In this document: positions 17,242 through 26,839 of the stretch, one piece after another
How the letters are laid out: each line of letters opens with the position of its first letter
How positions within the stretch are numbered: position 1 is the stretch's first letter
IMG/VR virus record: IMGVR_UViG_3300032218_001859
Location: 1-53,986 of that record
Strand: one strand, 5' to 3'
Origin: a virus
Lineage: Duplodnaviria > Caudoviricetes
DNA: 53,986 nt
The notes under the pieces: generated by a model
Seen by the model: only the letters and a program-made list of their open reading frames with translations
Database searches by the model: none
What the model was told of the DNA's origin: nothing
Made by a program: the position numbers and the translations under genes

Positions 17242-19875
17242 ATGTCAGCAGGAACTGAATCATCTATAGATACTAGAGGTTACAATGGAGCTAACTATGT
17301 TGGTAACATTGTAGAAAAAGTTTTACTGGCTAGACAACTGGCCGAGAATGAAAGAAAATTTGCCTCGAAGAAAGCAGAAGAAGCTGGCACCTCACTTGAA
17401 GAAGCGGGAATAGAAAAAGGACACTTCTTCAAGAAAGCATTAGCAGGAGAGTTTGGTGGTAACTATATTGATAGAAAGAAAGGACAACTACAAAATGTAG
17501 TTAAAAAATATAAAATAGCTAAGCGTCTTACTAAGGATCCCAAATCAACGTTTAAGTTTATTAAACCTCTACTGAAGAAAAAAGTAGGATCAGCTCAAAC
17601 AAAAATGTTTAGGGCTAAGTTTGATTACATGTACAGTGATGATATTAATAGACCAATACCACAAAGTCCTAAAGTTGGAAACTCAGCTAAGAAAATACAG
17701 AAAGCAACTACAGCTAGAAGCAAGCGAGTTAGTAAAGAAGAATTATTATCTAGCTTAACTGGTATAGTAGATTCTTTAAATAAAACCGCAGAATCTATTG
17801 GTAAAACTACTGCAGGAATTTCTTCTGGTGTCATCAGTGCAGCAAAAGCGCAAGTAGATTTAGTAGAGCAATTAAAATTAAGAAATACTACACTTGAAGA
17901 TAAACTTGACAAGATTGCTTTAGCTATTGCCAATCAAACACAATTCCAAAAGAGAAGTGTAGCTAAAGCTAATACCAAACAAGCCGAAGATAAATTAGAA
18001 GCAATCAAAGATAGTGCTAGCACAGAAGTTCCAGATGATACTCAAACAGCAGTTAATGAAACACAGCTATCTCAATTATCACAGAATATTACACCAACTA
18101 CTAACATTATTAACAACCCATCAATAGAAAGACCAAGAGGAGGATACCCTTCCTTGTCTGAGATGGGGAAGGGAGGAATGCATATTCCCGAAGCAGAAAC
18201 TGGGGGCATTGTGTCTGGTCCAGATAGTGGCTATCTTGCGAAGCTACATGGCGATGAAATGGTTGTTCCTATAAACAATAATTACACTCAGGGAGAACCT
18301 AGTGCTATGGATGGTAAGGTTAGACCAAAACCTTCCAGCTCATCTAGATCTAGCAAAGGAGTAAAAACTTCCGGCTTACCTAGTTTTGAAAGAGGAACAA
18401 CTGGATCTAGTGTTGGGGGAAGATTTGGATTTGGTATTACTAACATGCGAGGTATTGCTTCGGGCGGAAGTACCCAATCATCAGCAATGGCACAGCCATT
18501 AGTAGATGCTATGTCATTACCTATGATGGCTGCTGGTGGTTCTATCTTGGCTACAGTATCTAAACTCATGACTAGTATGGGTAGTGAAGGAACAAGTATC
18601 GCACCAGAAATTGAAAGAATTTCGAGACCAATTGCTGATGTCTTTGGATTACCTCCTAGCATTGTGAAAAAAACTAAGCAGGGTATGCGTTCTAAAACTA
18701 ATGCTGGTTCATTTGGCGAAGAAGATGATGGAGAATCTAAGAAAAATATATTTACTAAATTGATGGATGGTTTTGGTTCGTTGATGGAAAAACTTAAGGA
18801 TGGTGTGAATAATAAACCAACACCTCCTCCAGGTAATGGAAATCCTCAGGCAACAGATATTACTGGAAATGAAAAGGAACTTTTAAAAAGATTGATGGTT
18901 GCTGAAGCTGGAGGTGAAGGTGTTGAGGGAATGGCTATGGTTGGTAGATCAGTAATTAACCGAGCCGGATTAATACAATCTGGAGAAGTTGGCGCTGGCA
19001 CATTTAATGCTTCTAGTGGTAGTGTTACGGATGTCATCCAAGCCCCAAATCAATACCAACCATATGCTCAAGGCAAACTTAACACGCCATTGAATGCAGA
19101 TCAAAATTCTAAAGCAGAAGAAGCATATCAATTAATAATGAATGACCCTGAATACAGAAAACGAATTAAATCAACATTTAATTTGACTGATCAACAAGTT
19201 AATCATGGTGCTGCTGCAACAGGATTTAGAAATTATAATGCTGGTGCTGGTGTTGATACATCGCAACAAAAAAATGAATTTAATGCAGGAAATCACACAT
19301 TCAACACGGCAGGAAATCTTAAATTAAAAACAGCGTATAATTCAGCAACAGTAAAAACCCCATCAACTAATCCTTCTTCAACTGCTCAGCAACCACCAAA
19401 TCCATCTCCAACTGGGCAACTAGGTCAAGCAATCACCAACAATTATGGTATGAAAGTTGATGAAGAAAGAACTTTTACTCACCCCACGTATGGTGAAATA
19501 AAAGCACGTAAAACAAGAAAAGGATTTAATTTTTATAAAAATAATGTAATACTTGGCATGGATCCCAAAACCCCACAAGGAAAAAGTATTGTTGACTATT
19601 TTACTTCAACTAATGGAGGAATATCAACCAGTACTATGGGTCCTCAGGCAAGTATTTCCCCTCCACCAGAATCAAATAAAAATGCACAGACCCAAACCAT
19701 TGCACAAAAAATAGATGATAAAGGCAATGCAAATATCATTGCTATGATGTTGCCACCAGGACAAAAACAACAAATGGCATCTACATCACAACCTTCCTCA
19801 GCCGAGAACAGTGCAGCTTCGCCAGGATTTAATGCTCTAACACAATCTGGATTATACAATCCACTATATGGTTAA
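17242..19875 (+). CDS. Second tape-measure-like protein with SleB/Hydrolase_2-like lytic domain
   Basis: LLKRLMVAEAGGEGVEGMAMVGRSVINR...QYQPY...GNHTF. Confidence 0.72.
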   Translation: MSAGTESSIDTRGYNGANYVGNIVEKVLLARQLAENERKFASKKAEEAGTSLEEAGIEKGHFFKKALAGEFGGNYIDRKKGQLQNVVKKYKIAKRLTKDPKSTFKFIKPLLKKKVGSAQTKMFRAKFDYMYSDDINRPIPQSPKVGNSAKKIQKATTARSKRVSKEELLSSLTGIVDSLNKTAESIGKTTAGISSGVISAAKAQVDLVEQLKLRNTTLEDKLDKIALAIANQTQFQKRSVAKANTKQAEDKLEAIKDSASTEVPDDTQTAVNETQLSQLSQNITPTTNIINNPSIERPRGGYPSLSEMGKGGMHIPEAETGGIVSGPDSGYLAKLHGDEMVVPINNNYTQGEPSAMDGKVRPKPSSSSRSSKGVKTSGLPSFERGTTGSSVGGRFGFGITNMRGIASGGSTQSSAMAQPLVDAMSLPMMAAGGSILATVSKLMTSMGSEGTSIAPEIERISRPIADVFGLPPSIVKKTKQGMRSKTNAGSFGEEDDGESKKNIFTKLMDGFGSLMEKLKDGVNNKPTPPPGNGNPQATDITGNEKELLKRLMVAEAGGEGVEGMAMVGRSVINRAGLIQSGEVGAGTFNASSGSVTDVIQAPNQYQPYAQGKLNTPLNADQNSKAEEAYQLIMNDPEYRKRIKSTFNLTDQQVNHGAAATGFRNYNAGAGVDTSQQKNEFNAGNHTFNTAGNLKLKTAYNSATVKTPSTNPSSTAQQPPNPSPTGQLGQAITNNYGMKVDEERTFTHPTYGEIKARKTRKGFNFYKNNVILGMDPKTPQGKSIVDYFTSTNGGISTSTMGPQASISPPPESNKNAQTQTIAQKIDDKGNANIIAMMLPPGQKQQMASTSQPSSAENSAASPGFNALTQSGLYNPLYG

Positions 19876-19880
19876 CAAAC

Positions 19881-21314
19881 ATGTCACAAAAAACACCATA
19901 CGCTTCTAGTTTTCTATTAAAAAAAGCAAGTATAACTGATGTAAAAGGATCTAAGAATCTAGACATCACTGATTTAGTTATTCGATTTGATTACTTTGAA
20001 AACATTTCATTGCCCACTGTATCAGCCAACTTAACTTTGGTTGATACTGGAGCAAACTTAATTTCCTCATTACCTATTCAGGGATTTGAAAAGGTTGAAA
20101 TTATTCTTGAAGCATCTGATGAGCAAACATACCAGTATAACATGCGTGTGTATAAAATTGGTAGCAGATTCTCTGGAGATAGATTCCAAACTTATACGCT
20201 TGGTTTAATATCTGAAGAAGCATTACTAAACGAAGGCATTCGTGTATCAAAAACATTGAAAGGAAAGCCAGATGAAATTGTTCGAGATCTTCTCAAACAA
20301 TATTTGAAAACAAATAAAGATGTGATAGTTGATCCATCTCTTTACAATATTATTTTCAATCCTGGTAAGAAATCCCCGTTCAATATTATTGATAGCATTA
20401 AATTAAAATCTGTTCCTACTGGTGGCAACACACAAGCAAAAACAAAATTAAACAACTTGAAGTTTAATCCTGCTGCCGCAGTGACAGATGTAGTTTCTTC
20501 AGTTTCTCCTACATCCAAATCAGATTATTCTAAAACAAAAGGAACTAGTGGCTATATGTTTTTTGAAAATCGTAATGGGTTTATATTTAAATCCATTGAT
20601 TCCTTGTGTTCTTCTACCAAATACAATGGATCCAAAGCAGTAGCAGTATACACACAAGAAAATAATGATGTTGGTGGTCCACCAAATAGAAAGATCATTG
20701 ACATTGATTTTGTAGAAGAGATTGACATCATGACAAAACTTAGGATGGGTGCGTTCTCTTCTTTAATTTGTTTTTATAATTATAGCACAGGAAAGTATGA
20801 AGAGTATGTTTATTCTCTTGCTGATTCATATGAAAGCATGGGGCATTCTGGATCTCAAAAAGGATTGCCCTACGGGCAGAAAGAATTATCTAAGTATCCC
20901 ACTCGTATCATGAGTGCTCTTATAGACCACGAGACTTGGTACAATGGAACTGATATTGCATCGCCAGAAGAATCTGATGGAGCTAAGGGAACAACAACAA
21001 ACTTTCCTGACTTTCAAAAATATTATATGTCTCAATCAATATCTAGAGTTAACTCTTTGGTGAATCAAAAAGTTAAAATTACTGTTACGGGGAATCCAAA
21101 ATTAACAATTGGAGATAAGATTGAGATTCGAATTCCTAATCAGATTCCTACTGGAGATAGATTGCAACAACAGTATGACCCAGAGCATAGTGGTGTGTAT
21201 TTAATCTCAGAAATTAATCATGTGTTCATTCCGAAAGAAAGATTGAGCACTACATTCTTAACATTAATTCGGGATTCTTATGGTAGCCCTGACAATACAT
21301 CTAAAGTACAATAA
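19881..21314 (+). CDS. Baseplate hub protein (gp27-like)
   Basis: YMFFENRNGFIFKSIDSL, VTGNPKLTIGDKI, SGVYLISEINH, LIRDSYG; directly upstream of gp5. Confidence 0.75.
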   Translation: MSQKTPYASSFLLKKASITDVKGSKNLDITDLVIRFDYFENISLPTVSANLTLVDTGANLISSLPIQGFEKVEIILEASDEQTYQYNMRVYKIGSRFSGDRFQTYTLGLISEEALLNEGIRVSKTLKGKPDEIVRDLLKQYLKTNKDVIVDPSLYNIIFNPGKKSPFNIIDSIKLKSVPTGGNTQAKTKLNNLKFNPAAAVTDVVSSVSPTSKSDYSKTKGTSGYMFFENRNGFIFKSIDSLCSSTKYNGSKAVAVYTQENNDVGGPPNRKIIDIDFVEEIDIMTKLRMGAFSSLICFYNYSTGKYEEYVYSLADSYESMGHSGSQKGLPYGQKELSKYPTRIMSALIDHETWYNGTDIASPEESDGAKGTTTNFPDFQKYYMSQSISRVNSLVNQKVKITVTGNPKLTIGDKIEIRIPNQIPTGDRLQQQYDPEHSGVYLISEINHVFIPKERLSTTFLTLIRDSYGSPDNTSKVQ

Positions 21315-21335
21315 ATAATAAAAAACGTGTGATAT

Positions 21336-24281
21336 ATGGATCAAGCGTTATCATCATTATTTCCCGTACATCAAATAGGTTCTGACGGATTTAACTGGTG
21401 GGTTGGGCAAGTAGAGAGCAAAAAATTCGACGACCCCAAACAATCTGGTAGGTATCGTATACGTATTGTTGGACAGCACCTGAAGGATTGTGATGCTGTC
21501 CCTACGAATGAATTGCCGTGGGCAAATGTGATGATGCCAGTCACCACTCCATACACTGATGGCTTAACTACTGGTGCCTCTGTTGGATTAGAACCTGGAT
21601 GTTGGGTACTTGGATTTTATCTTGATAACGACAAACAAAAACCAATCATCATGGGATCGATTGGTCATACAAAATATTCTACTGTCATAAAAAATGATGA
21701 TCCAAATCCAGGTGGTAAATGTAAATCATTTACAACTTTTACTTCTAACGATGTAATACCACAGGCACACTACCCAACCAATGCTCAGAGTGGAGTAGAT
21801 AAAGAGACAGGAGCTAACGTATCTGCTGGTGGTCCTACTGCTGCTGATGGTGCTACCAATCCAGATGGTGCTCCCCCTGTTCTATTAGCTGCTTTAGCAC
21901 CATACAGTGCAACAAATCCAATTGGTGGTAAGAGTTGTAATATCATTGCAAATCCTAAGTGTGGTCAAGAAAAAAATCTGAAGAATGGTATCACCACTAT
22001 CATGGGTGATCTTCTTGCAGCAAATCAAGATTCGGGTGGTCAGTTAGGAGATTACTATGTCGGTAAAGTTACTGGATTTTTATACGATAAGATAGAGATT
22101 GCTCGTTATCATATCAGTAGAATTACTAGATTGGTTCGTAGTTTTATTGCTAGAATTAAGGGAGAAATTATTAAACAAATTAGGCAAGCAGTTGATGAAT
22201 TAGTTAAAGTAATTATTGGAGCGCAAGCTACTGAAGATGAACTACTTGGCAATGTAAACAGTGGACCACTTAAGGATCCAGAAAAAGCATTCAAACCAGT
22301 TAAGCCAAAAGGAAATAGATTAAAGGCAATCAAAAAAATATTTGATGAAGTGTTTGCCAAACTTGGATGTTCCATTGAAGATTTAACTGATAGAATCACA
22401 CAGTTTATTACTGATCTTATCTTTGGATTACTTTCTGATATTTTTTATCAAGCAACGTGCGCCATTGATACCATTGTGCAAGGTATTTTGAATCAATTAC
22501 TTTCGTTATTTGATACTTTATTGTCGTCAATTCTTGGTCCCCTTCTACAACTGCTGGACATCTTAAAAAATCCAACAAATTTACTTAGCAGTATACTCAA
22601 TAAAGTATTAAGTTTGCTAGGTATTTCCTGTTCTGGACCAGCATCAAAATGCGAAACAATTCAAAAAAAATGTACTGATTGTGGTCAAAATACAGAAGAC
22701 GATTTAGATAGATTAATTAAATCCATTGAGGATGGCGAATTAGATTTTGGTGGAGGTGTGTGTGATGAGGGTAGAAACATACCACCCACACAAGAAACTC
22801 AAATAGGTTTTATTGGCGGAGTATTTCTAGAACCATCACCAACAGTTGATACAGAACCACCTGGAAATGAGAACACCCCAGCATCATTCTTTCCTGGAGG
22901 CACAGATATTCCCGAAGGAACCTTTGCTGAAGTTGGAACACCCGCTGAGTATGACGATCCATTTAATGATGATGACTTACCAGAACCTACTGGAGATACT
23001 TTCCCCGATGCTACAGCAACCGAGAGTCCTTATTATGCTGTGACAGCAGATAAAAGTCTAGTAAACGAAGGAGATACGATCACATTTACTATCAGAACTC
23101 TTAATGTTCCTGCAGGAACACAACTTAACTATACTTTATCTGGAGCCGCCATTACTCCATCTGATATTGTTGGCGGTCGGTTAACTGGATCAGTAATCAT
23201 GACAACAAATCAAGAACAAGTACAAATTACTATTGCTAAGGATGATATTGTAGAAACTGTGCCTGAAGCATTAACTTTCTCGATTGATGGAACACAAGCT
23301 TCTGCTACCGTCGTGATTGATTCTGAATTTGAATTGGTGCCTGGAATTAATGACAACATCGTATTAATTCCGTCTTACTCTGTTGTTTCTGACAAATCTA
23401 GCTATAAAGAAGGAGAAGATATCATCTACACCATTACAACAACAAATGTTGTTGATGGTACTGTCTTAAATTATACATTAACTGGTGTTGATATTAGACC
23501 AAGTTTCTTTATTAACAATACATTATCTGGTTCTTTTGTTGTGGAAAACAACACAGCAAAAGTTGTTGTTGGTATTGCTGAGGATCTTGGTTGGACAATT
23601 AACTACGACCTTACTTTTATTGTTAATAATACTGGAGCATTTGCTAATTGTATCTTAGCCGCCCAGCAAAAAGCAATTGATGCCGCCGCTAAAAAAGCTG
23701 AAGAAGATGCTCAAAAAGAAGTTGACCCAGCAAAGGAAGAACCTAAGATTGAAAAACCAGTTGCAGGAAAACCGATCACTGATCCAAATGGTGCCATCAT
23801 TAGTATACCAATCATCAAACCAGGAGATCCATTCCAACAGGCACCCCAAGTAATCATAACTGGAAAAGGTTATGGTGCTACTGGCATTGCTTTATTGGAT
23901 GACAAAGGATTTGTATCTGAAATTAGAGTAACACGAACAGGAACAAATTATAAAATCAACACACCAGTAGATACTAATACTCAATGCATCATAGATTCTT
24001 TTACATTAATTTCTCCTGGTATTGGGTATAAAACAGAACCTAAGGTGTACATTAACGGGGATTCTACCATTGCTAAAGCTACGGTTGAAAATGGTTATGT
24101 AATTAGTGTTCAAATTTTAGATAGATCTAAAAGGTATGACACACTACCAGAAATAATAATTGTTGGTGGTAGTGGAGCAGGAGCTAGAGTATTGCCAAAT
24201 CTATTCTGCCTAGATAAGGAAGAACTTGAGCGTAAAGGATACGCCAAGATCGGAACTGGTAAATATATTGATTGTCCATAA
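21336..24281 (+). CDS. gp5: Baseplate spike gp5, N-terminal OB-fold part with Ig/Calx-beta-like repeats
   Basis: FNWWVGQVE, GRYRIRIVGQH, ELPWA, WVLGFYLD.DKQKPIIMGSI; two V..DKS...EG..I.F/YTI.T.NV..GT.LNYTL modules. Confidence 0.85.
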   Translation: MDQALSSLFPVHQIGSDGFNWWVGQVESKKFDDPKQSGRYRIRIVGQHLKDCDAVPTNELPWANVMMPVTTPYTDGLTTGASVGLEPGCWVLGFYLDNDKQKPIIMGSIGHTKYSTVIKNDDPNPGGKCKSFTTFTSNDVIPQAHYPTNAQSGVDKETGANVSAGGPTAADGATNPDGAPPVLLAALAPYSATNPIGGKSCNIIANPKCGQEKNLKNGITTIMGDLLAANQDSGGQLGDYYVGKVTGFLYDKIEIARYHISRITRLVRSFIARIKGEIIKQIRQAVDELVKVIIGAQATEDELLGNVNSGPLKDPEKAFKPVKPKGNRLKAIKKIFDEVFAKLGCSIEDLTDRITQFITDLIFGLLSDIFYQATCAIDTIVQGILNQLLSLFDTLLSSILGPLLQLLDILKNPTNLLSSILNKVLSLLGISCSGPASKCETIQKKCTDCGQNTEDDLDRLIKSIEDGELDFGGGVCDEGRNIPPTQETQIGFIGGVFLEPSPTVDTEPPGNENTPASFFPGGTDIPEGTFAEVGTPAEYDDPFNDDDLPEPTGDTFPDATATESPYYAVTADKSLVNEGDTITFTIRTLNVPAGTQLNYTLSGAAITPSDIVGGRLTGSVIMTTNQEQVQITIAKDDIVETVPEALTFSIDGTQASATVVIDSEFELVPGINDNIVLIPSYSVVSDKSSYKEGEDIIYTITTTNVVDGTVLNYTLTGVDIRPSFFINNTLSGSFVVENNTAKVVVGIAEDLGWTINYDLTFIVNNTGAFANCILAAQQKAIDAAAKKAEEDAQKEVDPAKEEPKIEKPVAGKPITDPNGAIISIPIIKPGDPFQQAPQVIITGKGYGATGIALLDDKGFVSEIRVTRTGTNYKINTPVDTNTQCIIDSFTLISPGIGYKTEPKVYINGDSTIAKATVENGYVISVQILDRSKRYDTLPEIIIVGGSGAGARVLPNLFCLDKEELERKGYAKIGTGKYIDCP

Positions 24282-25360
24282 TGAGTAACACACCAAAGGC
24301 TTCGCCCAACCAAGACAAATATCAAAAAGACGGAGCCCCTAGACCAGAAGGAGCTGATAAATTAGAGTCGGGTCAGTTTTGTAATGCTGATTTTCATGTG
24401 ATGTCAACCAAACATGGTTGGACAATGGGAACGTACACAAATAAAGATAATACGTCTGGTTATATTTTAACTAACGGCACATCTATATTTCATTTTGACG
24501 GCACTGGAAATATTATTCTTTCCACTGGTAAACCTGCTCAAGCTGGTTGTGGTGGCAAAGTTATTATTAGAGGATCAGATAACCAAAGTAAATTTCAAAC
24601 ACAAAGCATTCACATTACTGGAAATGATGATCAACAAACTAGAACTAAGGATGGTTCTGGTGGAGAAACAGTAGAAGAATATCCACCATATTCTTTATTT
24701 GTTGAGGGTGATATTGCTATTGAATCTCAAGGAGGAGAAGTTTCTATCAAGGGAGATAATATTACTCTCAATGCAACTAATGTTCTTACATTAAGAGCTG
24801 GTGAAGCTATTAACTTAGAATCTGGACAGGGGGGAGGAAAAGTTAATGTTCTTACCGGTGATTATAATATAAATGCTGCCTTCGCAAACAATACTATCAC
24901 TGGTGGACATTACGTTGATAATGCTGGAGAAAATACAGTTAACCAAGTGCTTCCTGGAACTACAACATCTATTAACACTCTTGGTGGTGTAAATTATCTT
25001 GTGCGAGGAGAATATAATATGGGTATTCTTGGTGATTATAATGTAGCAGCAAAAGGAAACATCTTGATGGGATCACTTACCGGTGGCTTAGGTCTTAGAG
25101 TTGTTGGCAAATCGTATGAGTTTGTTGGGGGAAATAAAAAAAGTACTATCATGGGTAAACCATTGTCTGGTGTTGATCCCCCAACAGAAACATTTAAACA
25201 AACTATTGGTGGTTCTGCTCCGGTATCATATGCACTTAGAGCTACTCAAAAAATAGAAAACAAAAGCTTAGGTGGTTGGTCTTTAAGAACAACTGGTGTG
25301 GTTGATGTAAAAACTTCTGGTGTAGTTACAATTACCGGATCTTCGATTTTCCTCAACTAA
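24281..25360 (+). CDS. gp5 C-terminal-like beta-helical spike protein
   Basis: TAATG coupling; repetitive beta-strand pattern ending ITGSSIFLN. Confidence 0.7.
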   Translation: MSNTPKASPNQDKYQKDGAPRPEGADKLESGQFCNADFHVMSTKHGWTMGTYTNKDNTSGYILTNGTSIFHFDGTGNIILSTGKPAQAGCGGKVIIRGSDNQSKFQTQSIHITGNDDQQTRTKDGSGGETVEEYPPYSLFVEGDIAIESQGGEVSIKGDNITLNATNVLTLRAGEAINLESGQGGGKVNVLTGDYNINAAFANNTITGGHYVDNAGENTVNQVLPGTTTSINTLGGVNYLVRGEYNMGILGDYNVAAKGNILMGSLTGGLGLRVVGKSYEFVGGNKKSTIMGKPLSGVDPPTETFKQTIGGSAPVSYALRATQKIENKSLGGWSLRTTGVVDVKTSGVVTITGSSIFLN

Positions 25361-25386
25361 AATTGGAAATCTGATTACACAAATCT

Positions 25387-25427
25387 GGGAAAAAAATCGC
25401 CGCCAAAAAATGGTCAAAAAAGCTGAG
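25387..25427 (+). repeat. 41-bp A-tract element, copy 1
   Basis: 35/41 identical to 27121-27161. Confidence 0.8.
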
Positions 25428-25437
25428 CCAGAAATTG

Positions 25438-25482
25438 AACTGGCACATGGGGGTTGACTGATCTCGTTTTTGGTGGTATGAT
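25438..25482 (+). promoter_or_regulatory. Early promoter with upstream AACTGGCACA box
   Basis: AACTGGCACA(25438), TTGACT(25454)-N17-TATGAT(25477). Confidence 0.75.
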
Positions 25483-25510
25483 ATATACATACACAGGTCG
25501 AGGCACCCCA

Positions 25511-25642
25511 ATGAAAGTTCCAAATTGGCAGCACCACAGCAAAAAAGAACAGAAAAGGCACCTCAAACCTCAAGCATTGAGAGACGCCCGCCGTCGCAGG
25601 CAAGCACTGAAGAACCAGTTGACAGCAACCGGGCGAATATGA
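25511..25642 (+). CDS. Small basic hypothetical protein (43 aa)
   Basis: MKVPNWQHHSKKEQKRHLKPQALR...; GAGG RBS; downstream of the promoter. Confidence 0.75.
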   Translation: MKVPNWQHHSKKEQKRHLKPQALRDARRRRQALKNQLTATGRI

Positions 25643-25666
25643 TACCATAGATTGGTACATATTCAT

Positions 25667-25755
25667 GGGAGTGTGATGTATGGAGCATCGTGGGTTTTAT
25701 AAGCCCAAGTGGACCAGATTAGTCCCGTGTTAGGGTTCGATTCCCTACACTCCCA
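25667..25755 (+). tRNA. tRNA-Ile(TAT) with a long variable arm
   Basis: Acceptor GGGAGTG/CACTCCC; anticodon arm TGGGT-TTTATAA-GCCCA; V-arm GGAC/GTCC; T-arm TAGGG-TTCGATT-CCCTA. Confidence 0.8.
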
Positions 25756-25758
25756 TCT

Positions 25759-25831
25759 GCCCCTTTAGCTATCTGGTGAAAGCAGCGAACTCATAATTCG
25801 CCTCAGGTGGGTTCGATCCCCTCAAGGGGCA
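25759..25831 (+). tRNA. tRNA with CAT anticodon (probably Ile2/lysidine type; elongator Met not excluded)
   Basis: Acceptor GCCCCTT/AAGGGGC; GCGAA-CTCATAA-TTCGC; TTCGATC loop. Confidence 0.85.
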
Positions 25832-25832
25832 C

Positions 25833-25865
25833 TTGACAATCACAGCAAGACCTGCTATGATTGTC
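25833..25865 (+). promoter_or_regulatory. Early promoter within an inverted repeat spanning -35 and -10
   Basis: TTGACA(25833)-N17-TATGAT(25856); GACAATCACAGCA/TGCTATGATTGTC 12/13 complementary. Confidence 0.75.
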
Positions 25866-25876
25866 TCATACCAAAC

Positions 25877-25960
25877 GGGAGCATGGCGTAATTGGTAGCC
25901 GCACCAGACTTAAAATCTGTTGGTCGTTAGACCGTGGGAGTTCGACCCTCCCTGCTCCTA
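25877..25960 (+). tRNA. tRNA-Leu(TAA)
   Basis: GGGAGCA/TGCTCCT acceptor, CTTAAAA loop, V-arm GGTC/GACC, TTCGACC T-loop. Confidence 0.92.
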
Positions 25961-25993
25961 TTCCACACTAAATAAATTGAGTGGAAAAACGTA

Positions 25994-26260
25994 ATGAAAT
26001 ACAAACTATCTCAATCATATTGTTTTTATATGGGTGAAGTAGTTCGTATGTATTTTATTCAAGGTATAGCATATACCTTTGACGAACTTCCACATTTAAT
26101 ACAAGATCATCCATCAGTTCAGACAGAAGCTCTCAACAACCGAGATTTTGATGACGATGATTTGTATGTTTGGTCTAACTATTTGATGATGGAAGAAGTT
26201 CATCCACTTATGTTTAATCTTGAATTAGAAAATCCTGAATTATTGCCACAAGATGATTAA
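25994..26260 (+). CDS. Conserved hypothetical protein
   Basis: VVRMYFIQGIAYTFDELP...YLMMEEVHP; overlaps the cpeT start. Confidence 0.8.
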   Translation: MKYKLSQSYCFYMGEVVRMYFIQGIAYTFDELPHLIQDHPSVQTEALNNRDFDDDDLYVWSNYLMMEEVHPLMFNLELENPELLPQDD

Positions 26261-26777
26261 AGAATTTTTTAGATTGATTGAGGGAAAGTTTGAAAATAAA
26301 ATTCAAGCAATGTCTCATCCATCAAAATATGCTATGATTCGTGTAAGTCACGTTAATTTGGGTGGAGGATTAATCTATGGTGAACAAGCATACAATTATC
26401 AATTACATATACCATATCGTCAATTTGTTCTTGAGCCAGTAGAAGAAGAAAATCAAATTCGTATCTACAATTACGAAATTATTGATAAAGAAAACTACAC
26501 AGGTTTCAAAGCACTTGACGAAATTGACAAAAATGTGCTAAAATTACGTAGTGGGTGTGACGTTGTTGTTACGCCATCAGGTGATTCATTTGTTGGGGGC
26601 ATAGAAGGTTGTGGTTGTATGGTAGATTGGATGGGACGGGAAACCTACCTTCTAAATCAAATTGAGATAACACCAACTCATTATTATGTTATGGATCGTG
26701 GTTTTTGTTCTGAACATGGACATCAACTTTGGGGGTCTAAATATGGTAGGTTTGAATTTGTTAGAATGCCCTTGTAG
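26253..26777 (+). CDS. cpeT: T-type phycobiliprotein (bilin) lyase, CpeT/CpcT family
   Basis: G.FEN..QA..HP..YA.IRV.H, YGEQAYNY...PYRQ, GCDV, F.G, DRGF....QLWGS..G.FEF. Confidence 0.9.
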   Translation: MIKEFFRLIEGKFENKIQAMSHPSKYAMIRVSHVNLGGGLIYGEQAYNYQLHIPYRQFVLEPVEEENQIRIYNYEIIDKENYTGFKALDEIDKNVLKLRSGCDVVVTPSGDSFVGGIEGCGCMVDWMGRETYLLNQIEITPTHYYVMDRGFCSEHGHQLWGSKYGRFEFVRMPL

Positions 26778-26839
26778 CTCAGTGGTAGAGCAATGGTTTT
26801 GTAAACCATTGGTCGTCTGTTCGAATCAGATCGGGGGCT
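26768..26839 (+). tRNA. tRNA-Thr(TGT)
   Basis: GCCCTTG/CGGGGGC acceptor, TAGCTCAGTGGTAGAGC D-arm, ATGGT-TTTGTAA-ACCAT, TTCGAAT. Confidence 0.92.

Noticed and set aside
21336-25360. Split gp5 as a pseudogene or frameshift error
   Set aside because: Clean TAATG stop-start coupling and two long intact ORFs; a two-gene gp5 is familiar in cyanomyoviruses.
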